DNA of 64,000 nucleotides, from NCBI GenBank assembly GCA_002633005.1, contig NMRA01000171.1, positions 711,093 to 775,092 on the forward strand, read 5' to 3'. Below, in pieces: positions 39,901-54,900 of the stretch (position 1 is the first letter of the stretch; each line of letters opens with the position of its first letter). A program made the translations under genes and the position numbers. The stretch comes from Phoronis australis. Lineage: Eukaryota > Animalia > Phoronida. The notes beneath the pieces are model-generated. The model saw only the letters and a program-made list of their open reading frames with translations, was not told where the DNA came from and did no database searches.

Positions 39901-42900
39901 ACAATTCATCAAAACCAAGTACACCCTTAATCCCCAGAAGCACCTTTACTGTCACCACCAACACCTACCACCAAGATGATCATTGCCGTCCTCATCGCTT
40001 TCGTTATCATTATCATACCATGGTCATCATCATAATATTCGTCATCGTCCTTAGTGAGCGGCAGTCATAGTCATTTTAATCACTCTAAAACGTCATACGA
40101 AATAAAAGTGTTCTGGTAAATCGACGTGTCACAAAAATGGATTACAATTTCTTCTTGCGTCGATCAGTCTTTTAAAAATTACATTGTCTGTCACTGTCCC
40201 TCAAGGTTTTGAAAACTAGTGAAATATGACTTTTCATGGGATTTATCCGTCTACCACTCAGTTCAAAGCGCGACTCCCTGATTAGTGGATATTCACTGGC
40301 AATTGCTCCGTAACAACGGAAAGTCGAGGCTCCGTATTAGTTTTCCCTTTCGATTGAAATGTTAGAAAATTACTGGATAACACTTCACGAATACGGGTCA
40401 TCAAAACTTCTCAGAAAGTCTGCTTCAGCGGTAGCCAGCCATCTAGCTGTGTGAAGTCTATCGTATACAGCTTTGCGCCAAGGCAACTTCAGGGGGTACA
40501 AAGATAAAAAAAATTGTGTACTTTAACATACCTTCCAAATTTAAAAAAATCAAAGTCTTTAACGACATACTTCAACGTTAGTCATCCTGTTATATCAATT
40601 TTGTTCAGAGAAAGTTAACTGGCAAAAACTCCCTGACCTAACTTACCCTAAATTTGCAGGGGTCCAGCTTTCTGAGTAACGACGATTGGGACACCTTTGT
40701 TATTGTCAGGTCATTACCCAGTTCAAGCATATAAACAAGTTATAAGCCAAGAAAATCTATGATAGGTCAAATTCTCACTTTTCCTGACTTTCTCGTGTAC
40801 TTGCTTATTAAGTCCACGTGCCAATTTCAGACCGCCTAAGCATCACGTTTAAGTGCAGGCAGCCATCTTTGTGTTTCCACACGCAACCCTTTACGTGCCT
40901 TCTTCCATTTTGAATATTTTTTAGGTATATACGGCGTTAAATTGAAATTATAGCAAAATCTGTAGACTAAGTCATGCTTCACTCGCACGTTAGTTTCGAA
41001 CTTTGCTCTTCTGCTCTTTGTATAGTTTTCCAAATACGTCAGACAGTAGTAGCTTCACACGTACATGTATTCGCATGGGCCAAAATACGCGTTGTTTCGG
41101 TACGTATAACAATGAACCTTCTAACAAGCAAGTGACGTTAATCAAGAAGAACATATTGCATAAGATAGCCAATGATTGACTTGTATCGTGAGTTAATGTC
41201 ACCAACCTGCCTCTGATCTGTTGATAGATCTTGCATAATGTACAAGCCTCTTTGTAATGTCAGCCGACTGCCTGAGTGACAGTTGGACTAGGTCTATTAT
41301 TAAAGAGTTCCCACCTTTAAAGGTACATCTACTTTAAACCCATTGCACGACCTGCCCAGAAATTGGTTGAAATGTACTTACGTGGTCCTCTCGCTAGAAC
41401 CGCCATGGTTCTCCACTTGAACTTATGAACAATTCCATGGTAACTTCCACCAAGTTGACCATAGCCACCCGTGATCTGGATCAATGTATTGTATTCCGTC
41501 TTGTTTGTTATCTTCGGGTCTGTACCACCCCACGAAATGTGTGGAAGGTTCCAGTAGGCGCTCGTTAGTGCAGACGCTGCAGCAACTACAAACAGTTTTA
41601 ACCGGATACTAGTGACTAATTTTCTAATTCAAGTTATAAATAATAACACGAGTTTTTAGTCAAATTAATAACAGCAATTAATTACCAATACTTTTAAAAC
41701 TTAAGAAATATGTGTCACGAAATAACTGTAGGCATAAAGCCAACATATTTCATTGTCTAATTGTACTTGGAGGAATTTGCAAACCCACCTTCTCCGGTCA
41801 TTAATTGAAAATGAAATATTTCACTATTACATGAATTTCCTATTGCATTATAGTCTTTATTAAACTCTGATTAAAGGGATAACATTCGACACGGTTTTAA
41901 TTTACTGTTTAGTGTTTAGACTTTGTCTTTGTCCGTTACAAATCCAAATCTGTAAAACCAAGTTGAGGTCACAGAAGGTTTTTGTGTATTAGCCGTCTAA
42001 ATAGAGACAACTTAGGTGGCAAAAATGTAAAATTAACGTGGGTTATTGAAATGTCACCTCTAGTGAAACTGGCGATTGAAATCCTTTCGAAAACGGATTA
42101 ACGTCGTTTTGCGGCGTCAGTTTTATGTTTTATAGGCTCTGATTATATTTCCAGGTTTACTGAGTTTTCTTATGTTTACGTATGTCTGGATTTTGAGCAC
42201 TTTCTATTTTAACATTTTGGTTTCCACTTAAAATGTTACACTTTTATGTTTTTTCTCTTAGACTAATGTATTATTTTGATACCTCTCGTGTTTTCTTTGC
42301 AATAAGAAAGAAAATTAGGAGTCACCGACTTGAATGCGTAAGTTGACCTTCTTAGGTGCGCCAACTTCAAGACCACGATTGTCCCCACGCATATCATTAT
42401 ATGACGATTATGGTGTGTTGATGGCATTTTTAAATGAGTTAAGTTGATATGAGTAGTCCAAGACGAGTTTTTTTTCATTTAAAAGTCTAGTTCTGTCCCT
42501 TGAATGAAGTCACATTTAATGTCTACGGTTAGTATGATGTCATTGAGAAATTTGATGTCACCACATAATAACAGAAACTAAACGTAAAATCAACATTTTC
42601 AAATTAAATACTCTGTTATTTGAAATAAAACTTAAAATTCAGATGCTTTGTAAATCAACCAATGTAGTAAAATAACGACTGTTTTATGTTTTTTAGCAAA
42701 CTAATGGTGTTCAACAAAGTTTATCAAAATCTGTTACGTAAGCTGTTTTAAGACATAGATTGTCTATTTTATAAAACATTTGGATACTATTTTATTTCAA
42801 ATAGTGGATTGCTTGACTTGAAAACTGTTTAAATTACGCAGAATTTTTGTTATTATGGCGTTAAATAATAGCATGCTACATCAAATTTCACAATGACGTC

Positions 42901-45900
42901 ACACTTAAATAATAGACAAACACTGTGTAGATATTAGGTGCGACTTAATTCAAACAGCAATTTTAAATTGATTAAAAAAGAAACTTCTCGACTAAAATGA
43001 TGTACAACATCTTCACTTCTTTCACAATCCCAGAAATGTAACATGAGTGCCATCTAGTGAAAGAAAACTGGCGCAATCGAGATCTTGAAATCGCCCGCTT
43101 TTGAGAAAGTCTCATTGTGCATTATGATATGACGCATTATGATGTGACGCTGTTTGAGCTAAAATAACTCAAACCTAATTCTTATTTTTATCTTATTTAA
43201 TAGAAAAAACGAGAGACATTACAATAATGCATAAAAAGCGGTGGTGTTAATTTTTGTGCAGAAGGCAAAACGCTAAAATTTGCAGTACTCAAAATCCAGA
43301 AAAATATTTTTCTCTGCGTAAGAAAATCAGTAAACCGGGAAATACGTTTAAAACCGTTGAAACATAAAATTAACTTTGTATAACGAAATTGATTAATTTT
43401 CATAAGGCTTTAAAGCATTAATTTTCAGTAAATTTCACACTTTCGCCAGATGTGCTTCTATTCCGGTGGCTGTAACAGACAAACTAAATCGGTGACTTCC
43501 AAATATTATTGTTTTGCAGATTTGCAGTAGGGAAAGGCCAAAACGCAAAATATGAAAATCTAAAAAATTCAACGATTAATTTAAACTTTGCGAAACTCAC
43601 TTAAAGATGCTCTTTCAGCTTAATTTTAGAAAAAAATTATAAAAAACGGATTTTAATGCAAGTTACTTCAGTTGAAACTTAGCCCACTACTCATTCAACA
43701 CAACTCCAAATATTTTCAAACTAACTTAATTCAGTATGATTTTTGGTTAAAAAATGTATTTTGGTACCAACACGTAAAATGGCTGCCGTAGTGAGTTACA
43801 GCTGACTCATGCATTATGGGTACTCTCTCACCTGCCTTCATGTGAAGTTTCCGAAGAAACCTCAGCCCACGTTTTAAAATTAAAAAATAATAGTAACATT
43901 ACACAAGGGAAACGAAAACGGCTGAAAGTTACGAAATGTTTATCGTTTACTTATATCTTTCGATTGAAGAATCTCACCATGTGTTCTTTATTGGCGAATA
44001 GAAAGGGAGGATTATCTTTAAAGGATAATTTTCAAATTTACAACAGGCACAGGATATTTGACACGTGTTTTATTATGTCACAAAAAGCTAACAAAAGATA
44101 CACTTGATTGACTTCGCCTGTTCCGCCGGGTTAATGAGCTAGGTAATAAGACATCTGATTAGTTCTCGATGACAACTTCGGGTTTTAAAGTCAATTAGAT
44201 GTTGTGGCAGGTTGACCCAGTAGAAGCGACGAAGTCAATCGCGCAGCAGCTGTCAAATTTGCATCTGTTGAAATACGTTCCTCTGAACGCCGATCCATGA
44301 CCGGTAGCCAATTATTGCAAAATTATGGTTAGTGAACATTTTGCCCCCTCTCCCCCTCGTCATCCGCAATTCTCCTCGGGTCCTCAGCCGTTGACACAGC
44401 ACTGTTCCTTAGACTCAACAAGAAGTTGTTTTGTTTGAATTGCCCATGACGCAACTCCTTGAGCGGNCCCTTAAACAATCTGTTTAAGAGCTGAGTATCG
44501 GGCTGGCAGTTAGGTCAGTCATCTTTGACCTCGTAGTCAGAATCTTCCGATAACGAAGTCATTTCATAGCGCGCATCTTTATTCGTTATAGCTGGCAATG
44601 TACGGTTTGTTCGTCGGCAACACGTGCCACTGCGTCAGTTATGGACAAATGGGGAGAGGTTCATTGTGTCGGTGGCATTACAAAACGCGAAATTAAAATA
44701 TTTTTTCAGGAGTAAACTATCAATCTAAAGGTTATTAATGTTGTAGTTTTACTGATCAACGCCATCTTGGTTGTTTGCATTCACCAAACTGGCTGGCAAA
44801 TAGTGAATAGTGCGTGAGTAGAACTCTGCACGGGAAGATTAACGCCACTACGTCATAACCGACTACGAATATGACCTCATATTTCGATCCCAGCTCTGCT
44901 ATAAATCATGCTCTGTATTACTGAAAATTAAGTCTTCCAAAGCAACATTATAATTACATTAAATCGTGTGGAATTCCCCTGACAGCCACGTGACTGAAAC
45001 TAAACCCCAGAGGCAAGCGATTTAATGAGTGTGGCCTGAAGCAATAAATTACCTGTCAGGCAAGCGCAAAACTGTTTTTTGACAGATGGCGAGGGTTCAT
45101 TGGCTCTTAGTTTTGGTCCACCAACCCTGAAACTAAGACCACGGTTTGAGTGACAGTTCGATTTTAACGTTGTCACTGGTCTTGGTCAATGAAAGCCCTT
45201 GTTGTTTGCACACTGTCTCAAGCCAACAAAAAAGGCATAACTGTCAGAAAGTACTCTCTATGGGGTTTTTAAAGATGAAGAAGGTCAACAAAAGCGATGT
45301 ATTTTACCAGGCTACGTCAACCAGGAAAAATTGAGATGCCAAAAATGACCAAAGAAGTACGATATTGACATTTTTACTCTGCGCGTGTAAGCACAGAGTA
45401 CTTTTGTTCCTGGGTTTTCTTCAATTTTATTCTTATTACTCTGCGCGTGTAAGCGCAGAGTCTTGTTGTTCCTGGGTTTTCTTCAATTTTATTCTTCTTC
45501 TTATTCTCATTCGTCTTCTTCTTCTTCTTCTTATTCTTCTTCTTATTCTTCTTCCGACCAACTTTGAGGCTTAATAACTCCAAATTGGGTGCAGGTACAG
45601 TCTTTAAATTCAGCATATGACTTTTGACAGTATATAAATTTTGATTGGTTATATAATCATATTCCATATTGCACCGGAAGAGTTCGTTTGGTGCAAAGGT
45701 CATATAATTTTCAAAATGCTACTCCTCCTTCAGTTTCAAAGCTATCTTTTTCAAATTTGGTGCACAGGTATAAGTCAACATGACAATTTAAAAAATTACT
45801 TTTCTAAGCAATCGGGTCATCCAATCAGGTGAAATAGGTCAAAGGTCATTAGGTACAAACTAAAATTTTGAGCTAGACACTTCAAATTGACAGGTCTGAT

Positions 45901-48900
45901 TGCCAAAGGTAAATCAAATCGGAATCCAAAGTTTCATGTCATTTAGTGCAAACATGGGGTCACTAGGTGTATTTTTCTTCTGAAAATTTGACATTTTCAA
46001 TCAACAAGTATTGTGATGTGTCAACCGCTAGACAACTGTGATTCTCAGCGTTAAACACATTTTCTTTGGGCTTTGCAATAAATCTCCTAAAGATGCTTAA
46101 AATGCACCGGATCAGGTCAATTAGTGCAAAGGTCATGTAACGTTCAACATGTTATATCTCTCACGTTTTTCAAGGAATTATTTTCAATTTCAGCACACTG
46201 GTGTAAGTCAACATGCCAATTGAATACCCTACTTTACTTTGCAATAGGCCTAACCAATCAGAAAAAATAGGTCAAAGGTCATTGAGTGCAAACTAAAATT
46301 TTGAGCTAGAGACTTCAGAATTATGTATGTGTTTACTAAGTGCGATTGAGTTTGAATTCTAAATTTTCAGGTCATTTGGTGCACCCATGGGGTCATTAGG
46401 TGCATTTTTCTTCTGAAAATTTGACCTTTTCATTCACCGAGTACTCTGATGTGTCAACTGCTAGACAACTGTGATTCTCAGCGTTAAACACATTTTTCAT
46501 GGGCTTTGCAATAATTCTCCTAAAGACGCTCATAATGCACCGGATAGGGTCAATTAGTGCAAAGGTCATCTAACGTTCAAAATGTTATATCTCACGTTTT
46601 TCAAGGAATTCTTTTCAATTTCAGTACACTGGGGTAAGTCAACATGCCAATTGAACACCTTACTTTACTTCGCAATAGGCCTAACCAATCAGAATTAATA
46701 AGTCAAAGGTCATTGAGTGCAAATTAAAATTTTGAGCTAGAGATTTCAAAATTACATATCTGTTTACTAAGTGCGATTGAGTTTGAATTCTAAATTTTCA
46801 GCTCATTGGGTGCACCCATGGGGTCATTAAGTGCATTTTTCTTCTGGACGTTTGACCAATTCATTCATCTTGTATTCTGAAGTGCTTAAAGTAAAACAAC
46901 TGTGATTTTTAGCATTAACCACACTTTTAATCGAGTTTACAATTACTCCCTCATCGGGGCTCATAATGCACCGGAAGTGGTCAATTAGTGGAAAGGTCAT
47001 CAAAAAACTAATATGTAATTTCTCCTATTATTTTAAAGAATTCCTTTTCATATTGGTAAACGGGTTGCTGTCAGTGACTTCCCATAATAATTCCAGTAAC
47101 ACGCACGCGCAGAGTCCGTTATTGTCACGCCGTGACAATAATCTTTCTAATTTAAACTTAAAATAACGAATTCATGACTGCAGATGTGCAAGAAAGGAGA
47201 CCATAATGCTCTTTCACTTTAGATTACAGAAATCCAGGTAAAAATGTGTCGTTACAAACCAGATTTTTGGAAATTTCTAATCGTCTGAAGGGTACCTGGA
47301 TTTACTCAAAACAACTTCAAAGAGCTACTAAATACCGTTTATGACAATCACTTCGGTTTTAGTCCACAAAACTTCCGTCAAACCGGACTCACACCATTTT
47401 CTTTTTGGAGGTTGGGGAGCTACAAAGGCCGGAACCGTGGTTTTAGACCTTGCATGTATGGAAAAATTGCACGGCTACCCGCGGCGGCGGCGCGAAGGCA
47501 CAGAGAGGCCTAGGTGTACTGTTCTATGAAACATGTGACCTTGCTTGTGTAAGAATATCACTGACACATAATTATATTATATTCTATTATAATAGTATAA
47601 AATTGATGTTACAGTTGAGTTCGAAGTCATCCGATTTCAGACAACACAAAAGCTGTCATGATGATTCGACGACCATTGTAGATTACAGATCTCATTAAAA
47701 ATCTTCCAGCTCTCATTTCCTTTTAAAATGTCAATTGTCAGGCGAGGCGCACTTAACTATAAAATGAAAGCTCTCTGAAGAGCGACACATGGAGAAATCG
47801 AATGAAATTACTTAAAATTGATGTTGACAATGAAAACAAGTGTGATGTGTCCACCAGGGCCAAGACATTGTTGATGGCACTGGCGCTCACAACAACACCC
47901 ATGATGCCGTTAGCAATTCGACGCCTGAACAATGGGTCAACAACGATGACAAAACTGCAGAACACAATAAAGTCACACGTGATAAGTGTTCATGATGCAT
48001 TTTAAGTCCCTCGAGTAACTAAAATAAAAAGGCATTTCTATTTCTCTGTGTTTATTTGACATGGACTGTGTTGCGATTGGATACGGTGAGATACATTGAC
48101 CCATGAGATCATTGAAAATTCATCGTATGAATAGCAAAACATCGCCTTATATGTATTTAGCCAATATGTCAGGAAAATTACCTCTTTGGTTTTTAAAAAA
48201 AGTATCACATTTTTCTTCGAAAACGCACTCATCATTTAGTAGGAACACATCGAAACATGAAAAAAAAAACATTTGGTAAGCGTAAAGGGTACATATGTAC
48301 TTGCTGTTGGTGACATTTTTTGATGCTGTAGATAATTAGTCTAATTAAAAGCAATGTTATGCAATTTTAGTGACTTGTGTATAATTAATTAAACGTATTG
48401 GTTGTTTACCAAAATTTGTAACCTCCTAGGAGTTCATGGGAACTGATTCACCACATGTCTGTTACCAGTTGTGGGATGTTTATAATAACAATTGTGCCTT
48501 GTTTTGCAAGTCGTGTAACTTAAAGTCTTTGAAAACCTGTCAGCTTTGGGATGAGGCATTTCCGACAACAACAATAATTTGTCCATCGGAATTACTCAAC
48601 TCTTGATTGTTCTGCACCATAATTGGTAATGACTTGGGTTCATTGCTGGAGTCCAGCAGATTGATTCACAGAATCGTTTTGGAACCAGCGACCTTGTTCA
48701 GAGAATTGTTTTGGAACTAGATGTAGCATTTTGGAGGAAGTTTGTGGGTTTTCATGTTTTGAATTATCTCGCCCACCTTTCTTGTGTTCAGTATAAATAT
48801 TCTGTTAGCTACTCTAGAATTCATATTGCTTGGAGAGAGGCTGCTGCTTGCTTCAAAAATAACACAGATACCCAGCGTTGGTAAGAGACAACTTTGTTTC

Positions 48901-51900
48901 TTGATGTTTTACTATAAACTTTTACTTTAGAAACAACTATTCTCAGTTCTTTGATTATTTGATTAACTCATAGAAAGTGTTGTAATAGAAATTGTTGTAA
49001 CTACAAGTTTCTGCTAACTATTGTTTGCCAAATTGTGAGTTGATATAATATTATTAGGTATGCAATTTTCTGTATTTTAGTATGGTGTATTTGGTACTTC
49101 AATTTGTATTAGATATTGTATTATCTTTATTAATTGTTTCAGGTTTAACCGTATTGAAAATCGTATCGTATCGTATCGTGAATCGTAAATCGTTCACCGT
49201 ATTGAAAATCGTATTATTACTCGTATCATATCATAAATAAAGTTTTATGAGCTAATGTTACGGTATTATTATTATACGCGTGTAAACCGCTGGGTCAACA
49301 ACAACAACAAGAGAGACATCTAATGTGCGTGTGACTGTACGCTACACTTGCATCACGCATTTTGCATCGCGTAGGCCAGACTTACAAAAACAAGGCACAA
49401 GTCGTGACGAGATACAAATAATATAATCCAGATATCTATGGTAACGACACGAAGCACTGACAACGACTCAGGCCCTCCAACAGCGACGAAAAAACCGTTC
49501 CACGAAGTCACTGCCTTGTGAAAGACTGAAGACGACACTGCCGACGGCAACATCGGCGAAACGCCCATGGCAAAGGAGACCACGGTGCTGATGTTTTAAC
49601 AGTTCTGGCTACGGTATTAAAATGACGTACCAGAACTGTCAATGACGATGCCAGCGACATTAACCTATTCATGCAACGACTAGCAAAGCTGACAAGCCGA
49701 AAGCACACCGTGATGAACCAGTAAAATCTCCAAACGTCGGCATTATTCATATCTCAAAATTCATTGACGGGTCGCATTAAAACTTTAAGATACCATGCTT
49801 TATGCACTGTTCTGTACTGTATTAGGACCTGGGCTCAGTGTCTAATCTATTGTACTCGAAATGGTCTCGAAATTATTTTTGACATTTTCTGTTTTACTTT
49901 GGTATAAACTCAACGTTTTTGTGCATTATTCCGTAGTCGGGTGTCGTATGTATTTCGTGGATGTTTTACCCTCTACTTGACGTCCCCAGCAAAGCTTTAA
50001 AAGATCGAATCTGATCGCAAGATATCCAGTTTTCTCGACTTTCTAGCCGCTATTACTGTAAGTCAATTATATGAATTTAGCGAATGGCCATTAAATCACA
50101 AAACCACAAAATATTTGGCTGCTTTATATATTTTGTCAAAGCCAATAATTTGAATAATTCAATCCCATTCAGCAAAAATGTCGAAAATGCGTTTCCGCCC
50201 TTTAACACGAGGGTGTCCTTTTAAATAGCAAACTTTGACATTTTGAACATAAAAAGTGACATGCCAAGCATACAAGTTCTGTACTAGGTTCTCATAACCA
50301 AGTTAATTGACAGTAAAATCAGCATGTAAGACGAGAATATCAAGCAATCATTTCAATATAAACACACAACACGCATCGTATTCTCTACTTGTTTCAAAAT
50401 TGTGCGCCAAGAATGCTGTATTAATTAAAACAAGTCATTTATATGAATCCTTTCTGACACACATTTGTTTTTCTATTAATATCGTTGACAGGTAATCTGA
50501 GACTGGGTTGATTCATTAGCCTTTGGACCTGGCTGGCCATCACTAAGATTTTCTGAAGCTCTTTTATACTTTAAAATGTTTTAAAGATTAATCGTTGCAA
50601 CAAGAGTAAAATACAATCAGGACATGAAAAATTTTGTGTCGTTTCAGGTTGCTAGATGAAAAGATTAATGCGCACTTTATGTCAAAGTCCTCAAAATATG
50701 CGCACATCAGTTGAATTAGCTACATCATTTGCATGAGCAAAGAAAAATTACGGAATGAAAAAATTCATTACCTTCGCTTCATTTGCATGTTGTTTTTCAT
50801 CGTTTACACTGTTCCCGCATTTGCATTTGTTTAGTGAAACACCAGTTTTACAAAACCTGTCAGTTTCTACACTTTTTCAGGCGTTGGATAATCGAGTCCC
50901 ATCTACAGTTCAGAACATTTACCACGGAGTATAACCATGGTAAGATTCTTACGAGAAGAGCGGAACCTGAGCAGTGTCTCTCAGAGAAACTCTTACTTTT
51001 GTTTCCTTACATATCTGTCCCAATGACCATGTTTCTTTTTCTGCTGTGGAGAACTATGGCTCAAATCCTAGTGTACGCGGCCAGAATGGCGCAGAGATAA
51101 GAAATAGAAAACAACTATGGATTAAAACGCCATTTTTATCTTTTGAGTCGATTTCAAGCAGACATCGAAGCAGCAGTCATATCGGTTAAGGTTAAGAAGA
51201 ACCCTTAGAAAAATGCTCAAATTTGCCCAACTTCGGAACATCAGATCTCAGAAATGGCTAATGGGATTCACGTGGACCTTTCAGATATCATGATTTGTAC
51301 AATGTTCTCAAAATTCTGTCGGGAATTGTTTTTAAAATGTTCCACTTTTACATGAGGGGCTATTAAGAACAGAACTTACATGGTTTTTATAAAAAAGTTA
51401 AGTTGCATAAAATGAAAACGAAACGATAATTTCGAAAACTGTAAGAGCGTTTTGTGGATTTTATTTGCACATTTATATCGTACAAAATGTGACAACCTTT
51501 TCGTTCCTGTTGTTTTGTTACGAATATACCTTTCTTATTTCCCCCAAACCAACGTTACTTGACATAATTAGTGGCATATTGGTATAAAGTCAAAAATCAA
51601 ATGCCATGGAAATTCTACTTGCAGAAAATATATGCATTTGCTGAGTTTAATTCTACAGTTTTGTAGACATTTGGCTAAATGTAAACACTTTTCGATAGGG
51701 TCCTACATACATTAATCGGTACTCACCTTCACCATCAGGTGGCCCGATGACGACGTTGACTCCCTCGCGTTGCAGTTCAGCTGTCCGCCCAGCTGCAACC
51801 GACTGAGAATTTTGGTCATCTCTCCAAACAAACCTGCAACACTCAAAACAATCAATGATTGAAGAAGGCCCGTCCGGGATTGAACTCGTCGCTTTCGTAG

Positions 51901-54900
51901 ATGGAGAAAAATATGTTGCATTATCAAGGACGGAAAGTATGACGTCATCGTACTGAGGTAGTTTAGGAGATTCCGCCAAATTGTTTCTAACTCTTGCAAC
52001 TTCTCTATGGGAAGCTAACTTGGGTATTCTTGCCGGCTGTCCGCTTTTGGTGGCACCGTGACTTTTCATGAAGCTTTGCCATACCAAATAAGGAGACGTG
52101 CTTTGACTTGCGGGAGAAAATCGACGAAATGACGATAGTTTTTTTGAAATTTGAAACACATAACAATTTATTTCAATTGAAACTGTATTAATAAACAATG
52201 CAACGCCTTTTTATGTCGTCTAGAGTAACTGTAAGCACTGTAGTTGATTTGTGTGGCCTTACTTTGTGCATTTCCGTCTAAACGAAACGGTCACGACTCA
52301 TTCAAAATGGCCATGAGCGACCGTTTTCAAAACTCTTTGTGAAGACTGATATATGTCCATGATATCACATGAGCAACTGCTAATGGACATTGGGTAGTAT
52401 GACAATCAGCTGCTTTTTATGCTTATATTCACGACTTTAGGCCACCGGTGTCTACTGTAGGTCTTACCAATGCAATATCTGTGGTTCGTTTTGGAGTATC
52501 GCGTCGAAATTATCTAGAAACCAACAAACTTGCGATAACAATGTGGGACACTTGTTTACAAAAGATAATAAATACCTGAAAAAATATATCGTCGATGGTC
52601 CCAGTATTGTTTTCCACAGGTACCAAGAAAAGGAAAGACGTTTATACGCCAAAGGGAGATGGAGAAAGCGGGAAAAAGACCAGAGATGCTGTCAAAGATT
52701 CTGATTTCGACGTAAATGCTCTTTACCTTCGCAACGTAATGAACGAGCAACCGACCGGACCATTTATTCGTCGTAGGCAAGAAAATAATTTCCAACGAGA
52801 GTTTTCCCACCCTAAGGCACGAAAGGCAACTGCTTGTTTCAGTGGATTACGTAGCGTGGCAACGCGGAATCAGTATTCGTCACCAGTTCAACGGGGTTGA
52901 AAGAAGGGTGGGTCAGCGTCGTATTCCAGTGGACGGTTTCTGTCGGCAGTTGCACAAAGTATTCCAATTCCAAGGATGTTACTGGCACGGCCACGACTGC
53001 CGTCTCACGTGAAAAGACGAAGGAACTCCAAGGGCGAGGAACGAAACCCGAAACGTCGCCACGAGTGAGCTTATGGAAAACACCAGAAAAGGCTTCGATT
53101 ACAAAGAGACCTGGGAGTTCGAATTTGAGGATTCGAAACGGCAAGACGATACCCTACGTCCTTTTGTCACAATACGAGAGTTACCCACGGAACGTTTCTA
53201 CAGCTTGACAAGCGAACAAATAAAGACATTCGTTCTATACGGTACTCTGTTCGGTGTTGTGGAATGTGACATCGAAATCCCGAGGCATCTGAGAGAGCAC
53301 TTTTCAGAAATGCAACCCATATTCAAGAATGTTGACATCAGCAGAGACGACATAGGAGACTTTATGTGGGAGTATGCTGAGAGAAACAGAATCATGAGCC
53401 GACCACGACAATCTCGGGTGGGAAGTTGCTTCTGAAAGGGTACTTGGAACACGGCCTGGAGATAACAAACGTCAGAAGTGGTCGAATTTGCTCCCGTAAA
53501 ATGCTTCGAGCGTTTTGGTGAGGAAGTCAGCGACGCTAGGTGACAAAGACAAAAACAAATATATTGTAGCGCAGACGATGATGCTTATAGGTAACAGTGC
53601 GGCATCGTGACGTCAAGTACTGCGGGAGAGGCTAAGGCTTAACGGGAGGTGCAATTCCCGGAATTTAGACATGTCAACTACATCAGGGACGGAACCTACG
53701 AATTGAAGATGAAAAAGAAGACCATACGCCTGAACCTTCCACTTCAAATAGGCTTCTTTGTCTATCAGTACGCGAAGTTTCGCCAGTTGGAGTTTTGCTA
53801 CGACTTCATGTTAAGATTCGTCGACAGATCCGATTTCGAATATTGCGAGATGGACACAGACTCGGCGTACATGGCCGTATCCGGTAACTGTCTAGAGGAC
53901 GTGATTAAACCCGACATGCGAGAAGCTTTCGAGAGGGAAAAAACATCTCTGGTTTCCGCGAACCATGAGACACGGAAAAAAACGAGGCCTACGACACGCA
54001 CACGCCTAGTTTATTGAAGTTAGAATTCGAAGGAAAGTGCTGCATCGCACTTTGCTCTAAAACGTATTACGTGGGAGAGTTCGACGGTAAAACTCATTTT
54101 AGCTATACAGGAGTACAACGACAGAGAAATAAAATCGACAAGGCGAGGTATCTCAAAGTGTTACAGACCACGAAAAGTAGCTCGGCCCTCAACAAAGGAT
54201 TTCGGTTAGGCGGCGATAACACCATATATACCTATCTGCAAGAGAGGTGTGCATTCACCTACTTTTATCCCAAAAAGACAGGTGTTCGACGACGGCGTCA
54301 CCACTGGACCTCTAGTGAACATTTAATTCAGGACATTTAATAATTTACTAGTAGTGCGGATAATAGTGTCTTAACGTCTTGATGATTTTTGTAGTGTATT
54401 CGAATGTACTTCGTTATTAATACACGTTTAAAAATATTAAGTTTACGTTCTATTTTAGGTGGTCACAATATGTTATTATTAGTCTAGTACCGTCGGTACC
54501 TGGGTCAGAGACCGTAGAGAGGGAGACGTTTCACCTAGCGAAATCCTATTGGACGGCCACTGGCGGCCATTGTTGTTTCATGGACCGTAGAGACTTCTAG
54601 CGGGGATGTGTGCGAAAAAAGGAATATGGCTGATACTCGAGGTCAGTGGTCACAGAGACAAGATATTTTATCTGATCATGTAGATTTCCCATAGTTAATA
54701 CTTCTGACGGTGGTGCTGCGTCAAGTTACTTCAAAACAAGATATGGCGGCTGCAGTCCCTAAGAAGAGGATCAGATGAGCTTTTTGCGCTGCAGCAAAAG
54801 TTAGTTGAAAAATCGGGACTTGCACTTCTTTTGCTTCCCCAATGATAAAGACAGGTGAGATATACGAGTGATACAAAGAATTCTTTTTGTGAATATGCTG

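Noticed and set aside
41700-44065. AT-rich 2.3-kb block with possible short TIRs (TGTGTCA...TGACACG)
   Set aside because: Probably a non-autonomous DNA transposon, but ends and TSD could not be established.
51834-52198. Long upstream extension of the exon 2 ORF (181 aa)
   Set aside because: Only 51727-51833 resembles the receptor and is bounded by splice sites; the rest appears to be chance intronic open frame.
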